A stretch of 61,701 nucleotides of DNA from a virus (IMGVR_UViG_3300008120_000180:1-61701); one strand, 5' to 3'; positions 31,758 to 39,247 are shown, numbered from the stretch's first letter. The notes: generated by a model from the sequence alone, not told the origin. Program-made: numbers and translations.

Positions 31758-32018
31758 CTAATTATTCGTCGTCAATAGGGTAGATGACCCAGACCTAGAC
31801 CTAGAATAAAACCTAGACTCAGAACAAGACGAAGACCAAGATCCAGAATAAGACGAAGACCAAGATCCAGAATAAGACCAATACCCAGACCCAGATCCAG
31901 AATAAGACCAATACCCAGACCCAGATCCAGAATAAGACCAATACCCAGACCAAGAATAAAACCCAGACCTGGACCTAATATTTCTTTTGTTTCTTCTGTA
32001 GATTGATTTTTTAATCAT
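31758..32018 (-). CDS. Ser-X repeat peptide, paralog A
   Basis: MIKKSIYRR leader followed by an (S-G/W/Y/R)n core; has its own sigma70 promoter. Confidence 0.7.
   Translation of the reverse strand: MIKKSIYRRNKRNIRSRSGFYSWSGYWSYSGSGSGYWSYSGSGSGYWSYSGSWSSSYSGSWSSSCSESRFYSRSRSGSSTLLTTNN
31861..31950. repeat. 30-bp tandem repeat, three copies
   Basis: C(C/A)AGATCCAGAATAAGACCAATACCCAGAC x3, encoding SGYWSYSGS(G/W). Confidence 0.9.
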
Positions 32019-32024
32019 ATAACT

Positions 32025-32054
32025 ATTATATCACACACCCCACAACTTAGTCAA
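32025..32054 (-). promoter_or_regulatory. Sigma70-type promoter, leaderless, for peptide A
   Basis: TTGACT-N18-TATAAT with TGn extension; ATG 6 nt downstream. Confidence 0.65.
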
Positions 32055-32500
32055 GTCTTCATTATCTAAAAAATCTCCAGAATTATCTTCTTCACCAAAG
32101 ATTTTAAGAGTTACTTTTGTTTGTCTGAACATCTCGATAGTTCTGTTTTTGTGTTCGTAATACATAGAATCTTTATGCGAAAACGCATCTAGATTTTTAT
32201 TGCTTACGATTACTCTTATTATACCAGAATTAACGATTCCTCTGGCACAATCTATGCATGGGAAATGAGAGCTGCATTATATATAGCATTTCTTTCGGCA
32301 TGTTCAACCCAAAAATATTTTTCAGGTTTTTGCCATTTAGCTTTGTCATGATCATTTGCTCCTCTTGGGAACCCATTATATCCTGTAGATATAATATTAT
32401 TGTTTTGACCAATAATAATTGCAGCACATTTAGTATTTGGATCGTTAGACTTCACTGCGATTGAATCTAACATATTTATAAAATATTCGTCCCAATTCAT
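32031..32500 (-). pseudogene. cd: dCMP deaminase with internal deletion and frameshift
   Basis: 5' frame has STGYNGFPRG...HAERNAIYNAA and stops at 32252. HFPCIDCARGIVNSGI continues in another frame from 32267 to TGA at 32031. The usual linker between NAA and PCxxC is missing. Confidence 0.85.
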
Positions 32501-32507
32501 ATATTTA

Positions 32508-32536
32508 ATTATACCGTTTTAAGATTAGAAAGTCAA
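32508..32536 (-). promoter_or_regulatory. Sigma70-type promoter, leaderless
   Basis: TTGACT-N17-TATAAT; ATG 7 nt downstream. Confidence 0.75.
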
Positions 32537-32548
32537 GTTTTCGTTTTT

Positions 32549-32620
32549 TATAAATAAATGAGGGAGAAAAATTTTCTAGCATTTTCTCCCTCTAATCACA
32601 AACTAAAGGATACTTAGTCT
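32549..32620 (+). promoter_or_regulatory. Late promoter plus hairpins upstream of homing endonuclease 1
   Basis: TATAAATA, GAGGGAGAAAA/TTTTCTCCCTC hairpin, RBS inside an ACTAA-AGGATAC-TTAGT stem-loop. Confidence 0.65.
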
Positions 32621-33406
32621 ATGACTAATACTATTTATTGTACTTACCTTACCACTTATTCTGGTAATAAACTCCCTCCTTTTTATATCGGCTCTACTTC
32701 TGTCCAAAAGATAGAAGAAGGTTATCGTGGATCTGTTTCTTCTAAGAAATACAAAGAAATCTGGACGACAGAATTATATGAGAATCCTCATTTATTCGAG
32801 ACTAAAATTTTAACAACACATTCTACGAGAGAAGATGCTTTCGAAGAAGAGATGCGTTACCAGATAGAACATGATGTAGTTAGATCTCCAGAATATATTA
32901 ATATGGCTATTGCTAATAAATTAATGGTTTTTGATCATAATGATTCAGAATGGAGAACGAAGCAATCTCTTGCTAAGAAAAAGAGATTCGAGAATCCAGA
33001 AGAGAGAAAGAAACTGTCTGAATCTGGTAAAAAGAGATGGGAATCAGAAGAATTCAAAAAGAAAATGTCTGAATCTAAAAAAGGAAGAAAGCAATCTGAA
33101 GAACATAAAAAGAAGTTATCTGAATCTCGAAAAGGTAAGAAGATATCAGAAGAAACTAGAAAGAAGATGTCAGAATCACATAAAGGGAAAAAGAAGACTG
33201 AAGAACAAAAATTAAAACAATCCCTATCTATGAGTGGTAGAAAAAATTCTGAACAACATAACAGAAAAATATCTGAAGCTCAGAAAAATAGAAAACCAAT
33301 TTCAGAAGAAACTAGAAAGAAACAATCTGAAGCGCAAAAGAAAAGATTTAAATCAGAAACAGAACGAGCAAAAAATTCTAAAGCAGCAAAAAAGAGATGG
33401 GAATAA
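32621..33406 (+). mobile_element. Free-standing GIY-YIG (Seg-like) homing endonuclease with NUMOD3 repeats, HE1
   Basis: YCTYLTTY...FYIGSTS...GY.GS nuclease domain; repeated SEE..KKMSES.KG. Confidence 0.85.
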
Positions 33407-33434
33407 AAGGATTGGGGATTAATCCCCAATCCTT
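33407..33434. terminator. Bidirectional terminator (perfect 28-bp palindrome)
   Basis: AAGGATTGGGGATT/AATCCCCAATCCTT between convergent genes. Confidence 0.75.
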
Positions 33435-34479
33435 AGAAAATAGGACTTGTTGTAAAGTAACCACGATCTAAGTTAAATTTCAATCCGAATCCAGTTAATC
33501 CAGGACGTTGAGTATTAACTTTCAAAGTGCCACTCTTACCTTTCGTAATCGGGAAAGTTGTATCTAAGGTGATTGCAGTTAAGGTGATTGCAGTTTGACC
33601 TTTTGCTGGTAAACTAACTACACCCGTATGTAATTGTGTTCCCATGGTATCATAGAATACAAAATTTACATCTTGTGCATAATTAAGATAATTCACTAAT
33701 GCAATTCCAGTTGAAGTGCGATCAATATTATCAAATGATAACGAAAACGAATCTCTATTGGGAATAGAAGCTGGAATCGTACCTTCGAAAAGAGAATTTG
33801 CATAAGTTGCTTGCGCCACAACACCTGATCCGTATACAGTCTTAATATCAAGAGAACCTGTTTTAAGTGTTGTTGGATCTAGTAAAATTACATCAGAAGA
33901 ACCATATCCAGGAATTGCAACTGAATATTCAGATGTATACGAACCATTAACTGCAAATGGTACATTTACACCCTGCGGGTCATAAAATTTCAAAGTAACC
34001 AAGGAAACATTCGGTGATGTATTCGTTAGCTTAACAGTTGTCTTCCATCCACCACCAGAAGCAATATGTGAGACAGTAGGATCTAGAGATGTAGTAAATG
34101 TTCTAGAATCAATAACAGTTAAATTAAGACCAACTGAAACTGAGGTAGATGGTGAATTTTGTACAAATGTCACAGGAATATTATAATTCCCCACAGTTAG
34201 ATTTGAAGCAATAACTGAGATTCGTACAGCTGTAGTAGTACCTGGAGGAATAAATCCCTGAACAGGCCAGACTAAAATTGCGGGATTATTATTCGGGACT
34301 ACTACATTATAAGCAAATGTAGAATTATTTGATGAAATGAATACTTCTGGAGCAGACACAATTGTGTCTTTTGCTAAGTCGAATGTAACATTTACTACGG
34401 AAGGCGAAACTGTTGGAAAATTTGGAATTTGTCCAAAAGAAACGATTGATAGTAAAAGAATTGATAAAATATATTTCAT
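33433..34479 (-). CDS. Secreted beta-sandwich protein (Ig/BACON-like plus Acidobacteria-type domain)
   Basis: Signal peptide; HIASGGGWKTTVKLTN, L.FYD..G, FDN...TGIALVN and G.GLKF motifs. Confidence 0.65.
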   Translation of the reverse strand: MKYILSILLLSIVSFGQIPNFPTVSPSVVNVTFDLAKDTIVSAPEVFISSNNSTFAYNVVVPNNNPAILVWPVQGFIPPGTTTAVRISVIASNLTVGNYNIPVTFVQNSPSTSVSVGLNLTVIDSRTFTTSLDPTVSHIASGGGWKTTVKLTNTSPNVSLVTLKFYDPQGVNVPFAVNGSYTSEYSVAIPGYGSSDVILLDPTTLKTGSLDIKTVYGSGVVAQATYANSLFEGTIPASIPNRDSFSLSFDNIDRTSTGIALVNYLNYAQDVNFVFYDTMGTQLHTGVVSLPAKGQTAITLTAITLDTTFPITKGKSGTLKVNTQRPGLTGFGLKFNLDRGYFTTSPIF

Positions 34480-34859
34480 ATTTTTCCTTTCAAGTGATTT
34501 AAAATATTTAAGTAAGAGATATAATGCGTCTCTGGATATTTAGTGTTATAATGTTGTGCGATAACTTCACACATCCTCTTAGATCCGATGGGATTTAAAG
34601 AATGGACCATACAAACTTCTGTCGGCCACTTATTGTTCTCTCTCATCCAGAGAACAACATCATAACCAGTTTTATTTGGTGAAACCCAATCAGGATTATT
34701 ATTCATTGTGTAATGATCCTCAGCAAGATCGTGATCTAACCAAGCCTCTTGTATTTCATTCTCTGATAAAATCTTAATCGCCTCATCGTAATTCTTGGCA
34801 ATCTTCCAATCCCCGATAAAAGGACAAGGACGAACATCATCTAACCATAATTTAATCAT
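34476..34859 (-). CDS. Cyclic-phosphate-processing receiver-domain protein
   Basis: LWLDDVRPCP, LDHDL, TGYDV..W, VHS.NP.G...M. Confidence 0.75.
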   Translation of the reverse strand: MIKLWLDDVRPCPFIGDWKIAKNYDEAIKILSENEIQEAWLDHDLAEDHYTMNNNPDWVSPNKTGYDVVLWMRENNKWPTEVCMVHSLNPIGSKRMCEVIAQHYNTKYPETHYISYLNILNHLKGKI

Positions 34860-35040
34860 TTTTACTGATCCTTAATTGTGTATTTGGTGTTATCGTTCCT
34901 ACTCCCATCTTTCCATTTATAGGAATGGGATATAATTCATCTGTGCGAAGACTACGATAGATTTTACCTTCTGGTAATACCGTAATTGTTGGAGCAACAT
35001 TTCCACCGAATAACAACTTTAAAAGATTTCTTCTATTCAT
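34852..35040 (-). CDS. Small hypothetical protein with twin-arginine-like N-terminus
   Basis: MNRRNLLK start; overlaps the next gene. Confidence 0.5.
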   Translation of the reverse strand: MNRRNLLKLLFGGNVAPTITVLPEGKIYRSLRTDELYPIPINGKMGVGTITPNTQLRISKND

Positions 35041-35053
35041 AATACTATATTAT

Positions 35054-35272
35054 TTAAATAATGTCAATTGTATCATAATCCGTATCTGTCCACGCATTAT
35101 ACTTCCACACCCAATGATCAACACAATCCCAAATAAGTAAATCTTTAGGATCATATCCTAAAGAAGTCATTTTATTTTTATATTCGGTGAAATACTCACG
35201 AACAATATCATCATCTGAATAAGTTACATACTTATTATCTTCTGTTCTATAGGTCCAGTATCTCATATACAT
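35054..35272 (-). CDS. Hypothetical phage protein
   Basis: 72 aa, operonic, Trp-rich C-terminus. Confidence 0.65.
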   Translation of the reverse strand: MYMRYWTYRTEDNKYVTYSDDDIVREYFTEYKNKMTSLGYDPKDLLIWDCVDHWVWKYNAWTDTDYDTIDII

Positions 35273-35283
35273 TAGTCCAAAAT

Positions 35284-35715
35284 TTATAAAAGAATAAGTT
35301 TAGATCTCTCTATTGCTTCTGCTTCTGTAAGATTAATCTTCTTGAGAAATTTCTTGATTGTATCTTCTGTTCCACCTTTTCTATCAGAAGCAACACAAGC
35401 AATCAAGATATCTGATCTTTCTGCGATTAGGGTGTTTCTTTCATTATTAACAATAGCATGTGCCGCACGATGCGGCACATTCTTTTCTTTAATTAGATGT
35501 TCTCTTTTCTGAGAATCTGGAAGGAATTCTATTAATCTGACTGCACCGTTTGTATTTAGATGAATATCTTTTGCGAAAGAATCTGCACCTTGTTTACAAC
35601 CACCAGAAACCATTACATCTCCAGTTTCATATATATCTTCTAATGCATCAACAACAAGATCATGATCTACAAATGTATTTCTTCGACGAGAACCAACTAT
35701 TCCGATATATTTCAT
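35284..35715 (-). CDS. SLOG-superfamily (DprA/YspA-like) protein
   Basis: IGIVGSR, VSGGC..GAD, RNTLIA..SD, GGT.DTI. Confidence 0.78.
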   Translation of the reverse strand: MKYIGIVGSRRRNTFVDHDLVVDALEDIYETGDVMVSGGCKQGADSFAKDIHLNTNGAVRLIEFLPDSQKREHLIKEKNVPHRAAHAIVNNERNTLIAERSDILIACVASDRKGGTEDTIKKFLKKINLTEAEAIERSKLILL

Positions 35716-35797
35716 TAATATTTTTAACTTATAATTTTTTTGCCGGAGATCTTTTTAATAAAGAATAACAGATTTATCTAGTGAGATGTGCGAATCA

Positions 35798-36040
35798 TCA
35801 TAAATTTCCTGAAACCACCAACGATTCTTCCCCAGATCTAAACCTATACAAAGACCCAGACTTAGACCCAAATCTGGACCAAGTCCCAGACCAAGAACCA
35901 ATGCCAATCTCAAACCATGATCCAGATCTAGACCCAGATCTAGACCCATACCTAAATTCAGAACAAGAACGAGAGAAATACATAGATCCCGATTGTGTTC
36001 TAAAACTTCTTTTATATGGTGAGTTCTTAAACATAATCAA
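35798..36040 (-). CDS. Ser-X repeat peptide, paralog B (diverged)
   Basis: MFKNSPYKRS leader plus S-G/R/W core. Confidence 0.6.
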   Translation of the reverse strand: MIMFKNSPYKRSFRTQSGSMYFSRSCSEFRYGSRSGSRSGSWFEIGIGSWSGTWSRFGSKSGSLYRFRSGEESLVVSGNL

Positions 36041-36235
36041 TCACAAAGTCTCAGATCTAGACCAGGAATAATATCCAGATCCAGACCAAGGTACAGACGC
36101 AGACCAAGAATAACATCTAAAATTAGACCCAGACCTAGAATAAAACCAAAACCCAAATCCAGATCCAGAATAAGACCTAGACCCAGACCAAGACCTAGAC
36201 CAAATGTTTCTTTTGTAGATTGATTTCTTAATCAT
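36041..36235 (-). CDS. Ser-X repeat peptide, paralog C
   Basis: MIKKSIYKRNIW leader plus (S-X)n core. Confidence 0.7.
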   Translation of the reverse strand: MIKKSIYKRNIWSRSWSGSRSYSGSGFGFWFYSRSGSNFRCYSWSASVPWSGSGYYSWSRSETL

Positions 36236-36242
36236 AATTTAA

Positions 36243-36449
36243 TTACCAAGACCTAGACCCAGACCTAGACCAAGACTGAACCCAAGACCCAGACCAAGAC
36301 TTAGACCTAGACTCAGATCCAGAATAAGACCAAGACCAAGACCAATACCCAGACCAAGACCGAGACTTAGACCCAGACCTAGACCTAGACTCAGACCCGG
36401 ACCCAGATGCAGACCAAATAGTTCTTTTGTAGATTGATTTCTTAATCAT
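36243..36449 (-). CDS. Ser-X repeat peptide, paralog D
   Basis: MIKKSIYKRTIW leader plus (S-X)n core; upstream and leader DNA near-identical to paralog C. Confidence 0.7.
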   Translation of the reverse strand: MIKKSIYKRTIWSASGSGSESRSRSGSKSRSWSGYWSWSWSYSGSESRSKSWSGSWVQSWSRSGSRSW

Positions 36450-36464
36450 AATTTAATTTAGAAG

Positions 36465-36630
36465 TTTCGGCGGAGGACTCTCTCCCTCCCGTCAAGTCTG
36501 GTTCGTGGCGACTTCCCCTGTGTTCTGGTTGTGCTGTCCATGGTTACCATGCATTCCTTAGTAGAACAACAATTTCCAGCCACCCAGTTTTTGCGGAGCG
36601 GGTTGCCCTCCAGTAGTGTACTACCATTCC
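36465..36630 (-). ncRNA. Unidentified structured GC-rich RNA
   Basis: Non-coding and GC-rich. Nested stems CTGG-GTGGC/GCCAC-CCAG, TGTTCT/AGAACA and CATGG/CCATG; hairpins GTAG/CTAC and GGAGG/CCTCC. Directly after tRNA-Thr. Confidence 0.55.
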
Positions 36631-36640
36631 AAATTATTTA

Positions 36641-36716
36641 TGGAGCCACGAGACAGAGTTGAACTGTCAACCTACGGTTTACAAAACCGTTGCTCTGCCA
36701 ATTGAGCTATCGTGGC
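36641..36716 (-). tRNA. tRNA-Thr(TGT)
   Basis: Full cloverleaf, anticodon arm ACGGT-TTTGTAA-ACCGT, encoded CCA. Confidence 0.93.
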
Positions 36717-36717
36717 A

Positions 36718-36870
36718 TTACTTTTTCTTTCTCTTACAAGCACAATCACATAAACACTTCTTTACACATGGACATTTATCTACACAACAACCATGTGGTT
36801 TACAAAACTTTGGAATTTCCTGAGAGAACAATAAACTACACGAAATAATAAAAGTAATAATCATCTTCAT
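36718..36870 (-). CDS. 50-aa signal-peptide-bearing Cys-rich (metallothionein-like) peptide
   Basis: Manual translation MKMIITFIISCSLLFSQEIPKFCKPHGCCVDKCPCVKKCLCDCACKRKKK; GGAG RBS. Confidence 0.7.
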   Translation of the reverse strand: MKMIITFIISCSLLFSQEIPKFCKPHGCCVDKCPCVKKCLCDCACKRKKK

Positions 36871-36891
36871 AATTTTCTCCATAATCTTGTT

Positions 36892-36958
36892 TGGGGATTT
36901 TTATAGTCTTTGAGTTTTGTTTGCTCCTTACTCTGGGTGACTAATGCCAGAAGCCCCA
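36892..36958 (-). ncRNA. Small pseudoknot-capable structured element
   Basis: TGGGG/CCCCA closing stem; TCTGG/CCAGA hairpin whose loop TAGTC is complementary to downstream GACTA. Confidence 0.4.
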
Positions 36959-36963
36959 TCTTA

Positions 36964-37057
36964 TTTATTCGGTGTTGGATTCGAACCAACATTTACCAGG
37001 ACGGAATCGAACCGTCTCTTTCTACCGTCGTAGAAAACACCAAGTTTACCGAATAAA
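36964..37057 (-). ncRNA. tRNA-like RNA with two T-arms
   Basis: 10-bp closing stem TTTATTCGGT/ACCGAATAAA; GACGG-TTCGATT-CCGTC and GTTGG-TTCGAAT-CCAAC; TTCTAC/GTAGAA hairpin. Confidence 0.65.
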
Positions 37058-37060
37058 TTT

Positions 37061-37160
37061 TGGTCCCCCCGCTCCGAATCGAACGGAGAACGTGCTCTAA
37101 TCTGGAGCCACGGAGTGCCGACTTATAAGATCGGTGTTTTACCAATTAAACTACAGGGGG
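37061..37160 (-). tRNA. tRNA-Ile(TAT) with very long variable arm
   Basis: CCGAT-CTTATAA-GTCGG anticodon arm, ~29-nt variable region, canonical T-arm, CCA. Confidence 0.8.
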
Positions 37161-37190
37161 TTTGGAATATTATTTTCTAATCACAAAATT

Positions 37191-37276
37191 TGGCTCACCG
37201 ACTAGGATTCGAACCTAGATGCGTCTTTCGACTGCCGCATTAACAGTGCGGTGACTTACCATTAGTCTATCGGTGA
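37191..37276 (-). tRNA. tRNA-Asn(GTT) with extra variable-arm hairpin
   Basis: CCGCA-CTGTTAA-TGCGG; V-arm GTC-GAAA-GAC; CCA. Confidence 0.85.
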
Positions 37277-37285
37277 AAAACTTTT

Positions 37286-37359
37286 TGGCACCTCTGCTCC
37301 GACTCGAACGGAGAACGACAGTTTTGGAGACTGTTATGTTACCATTACACCACAGAGAT
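37286..37359 (-). tRNA. tRNA-Trp(CCA)
   Basis: ACAGT-CTCCAAA-ACTGT; full cloverleaf, CCA. Confidence 0.92.
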
Positions 37360-37388
37360 AAAACTATTTATAGTTATTTTTAATAAAT

Positions 37389-37464
37389 TGGCTCCGGAGG
37401 CAGGACTCGAACCTACAACATCCTGATTAACAGTCAGGCGCATCTACCATTGAGCTACTCCGGA
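37389..37464 (-). tRNA. tRNA-Asn(GTT)
   Basis: CCTGA-CTGTTAA-TCAGG; cloverleaf, CCA. Confidence 0.93.
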
Positions 37465-37470
37465 AAAATT

Positions 37471-37547
37471 TGGCGTCGTCGACGGGGATCGAACCCGCAA
37501 TCTCCACCTTGAAAGGGTGGTGGCTTAACCAATTTGCCTACAACGAC
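37471..37547 (-). tRNA. tRNA-Glu(TTC)
   Basis: CCACC-CTTTCAA-GGTGG; cloverleaf, CCA. Confidence 0.93.
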
Positions 37548-37561
37548 TTAATTATATTTAT

Positions 37562-37649
37562 ACGCAAGAGTGGACCTTGAACCCACATGATTTAGCTTTT
37601 AACTAGCAACCAATATTGCCATCGTTTTACCTTGTTAAACTATCTTGCG
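37562..37649 (-). ncRNA. tRNA-like element with non-canonical anticodon domain
   Basis: Acceptor stem CGCAAGA/TCTTGCG, D-arm and T-like arm present; anticodon region replaced by two small hairpins; no CCA. Confidence 0.55.
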
Positions 37650-37662
37650 AAAATTCATTTTT

Positions 37663-37737
37663 TATAAATAATATTCGAGGATAGAATTGCGGAAACAATT
37701 TCTATCCCCTAAACACAAACTAAGGATATTTAGCTTA
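37663..37737 (+). promoter_or_regulatory. Late promoter plus hairpins upstream of HE2
   Basis: TATAAATA, GGATAGAA/TTCTATCC hairpin, RBS in a CTAA-GGATAT-TTAG stem; homologous to the HE1 leader. Confidence 0.6.
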
Positions 37738-38420
37738 TGTCTAATAATATTTATTGTACTTACCTTACCACCTATTCAGGTGATAAACTCCCTCCTCTTT
37801 ATATTGGATCAACTTCAGTAGAAAAAATCAACAAAGGTTATCATGGATCTGTAGAATCTAAGAAATATAAAGAAATCTGGTTATCAGAATTATCTGAGAA
37901 TCCTCATTTATTTCAAACTAAAATTCTAACAACTCATTCTACTAGAGAAGAAGCGTTAGAAGAGGAGGTTCGTTATCAATTAGAACATGATGTTGTTAGA
38001 TCTCCAGAATATATTAATATGGCTGTTGCAAATAAGAAATTCATATTTGTTGATTATGATGATTCAGAATATATAAAGAAAATATCTGAAGCTGGTAGAA
38101 AGAGATACAAAAACCCAGAAGAAAAAAAGAAATCTTCTGAATCTCAAAAAAAGAGATACGAAAACCCAGACGAAAGAAAGAAGACTTCTGAAGCTCAGAA
38201 AAAGAGATATAAGAATGGATTCATAAATCCTATGTTTGGTAAGAGACACACTACAGAAACAAAACTTAAAATGTCTGAAAGTGCTAGTGGATCTAAAAAT
38301 GGTTCTTATGGAAGAAGATGGTTTTACCATCCAGAAACATTAGAGAATATTAAATGTTTACCAGAGGATAAGCCAGAAAACTATATTCCAGGAAGAAAAT
38401 TGTCAATGTTGCAGAGGTAG
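37738..38420 (+). mobile_element. GIY-YIG homing endonuclease HE2 (paralog of HE1)
   Basis: [20 protein letters not shown]; NUMOD3 motif NPMFGKRHT.ETK.KMS; inserted antisense in the tRNA array. Confidence 0.85.
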
Positions 38421-38487
38421 GATTCGAACCTTTTGAGACGTCCTCCTGGTTATGAGCCAGGCGAGCTGACCGCTGCTCTACTCTGCT
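38407..38487 (-). tRNA. tRNA-Met(CAT), initiator-like, with 6-nt T-stem insertion (possibly pseudo)
   Basis: CCTGG-CTCATAA-CCAGG; unpaired 1:72; T-stem GT[CTCAAA]AGG/CCTAC. Confidence 0.7.
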
Positions 38488-38577
38488 ATAAAATCCGGTG
38501 GTTTTGATTTGGCTGGCTCAAAACCAAAAGCCTCAACTAAATAAGATCCAATTGAAATCTACATTAGCCGCAACCTG

Positions 38578-39237
38578 CTAGATTATGCGTCTAGCATTCT
38601 TTAAAACTCGACCTTTTTCCCAACCATTCGGAATTTCTTCGTATGTTTTAATTTTCTTGTTTTCTTTACCATTTGTTATCCAAATTGTTCCATATTGGGA
38701 ATTCAATTCTCCATCATGTTTTCCTTTATGTGAATTAGACATTTTTAATTTAGATTCTTGATTATGTTTTTTACCTAACCAAACACCATTAGGATATTTT
38801 TCAATAAATTTTTCTGTGGCTTTTTTTAAGATTATGTTAACTTTGTTTCTAAACTCAACATCAGAATTATATTTCTCTTTAAAACTTTTTGAGTTTCCTT
38901 TCATTAAGGAATCTAATCTTTTTTTAGTCAAAAACTTTTCTGGATTAGAATTTATATAACTAAACCCACCACAACCACCTTCACATAAGTTATATGTTTG
39001 TTCTAAGTGAACAAAATCTTTATTAACAATTTCTTTTTCTTTTTCGTTCATTGCATCTTCACTATCGAAGATGTATAGTATATCTTTTTTAAAATTATCA
39101 ATTCCATATTTTTTAATGGCACACTTCAGTAACTTACCAGATCCCATATAATTATCATTTAGATCTTTCGTTTGATGTTTACCGATATAAACTTTACCAT
39201 TAATTTTATTTGTTATTTGATATATTAAGTAATGCAT
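38578..39237 (-). mobile_element. SegB-like GIY-YIG homing endonuclease HE3
   Basis: LIYQITNKINGKVYIGKH, YMGSG, YNL..GG.GG, NUMOD3, NSQYGTIWITNG; inside the tRNA array. Confidence 0.88.
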
Positions 39238-39247
39238 TTTTATGGTC

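Noticed and set aside
35755-36071. Alternate-frame LDLGLG and DPDLDP ORFs
   Set aside because: By-products of the hexamer repeat; only the Ser-X frame has the conserved leader.
31758-36449. CCAGAC-type repeats as a CRISPR array or DGR template/variable repeats
   Set aside because: No constant repeat with unique spacers, no cas or reverse transcriptase gene, and variation is not adenine-specific; the repeats are coding hexamers.
36465-36630. tmRNA, SRP RNA, RNase P, cobalamin riboswitch or glmS identity for the GC-rich RNA
   Set aside because: Hallmark motifs of each were not found by eye; left unassigned.
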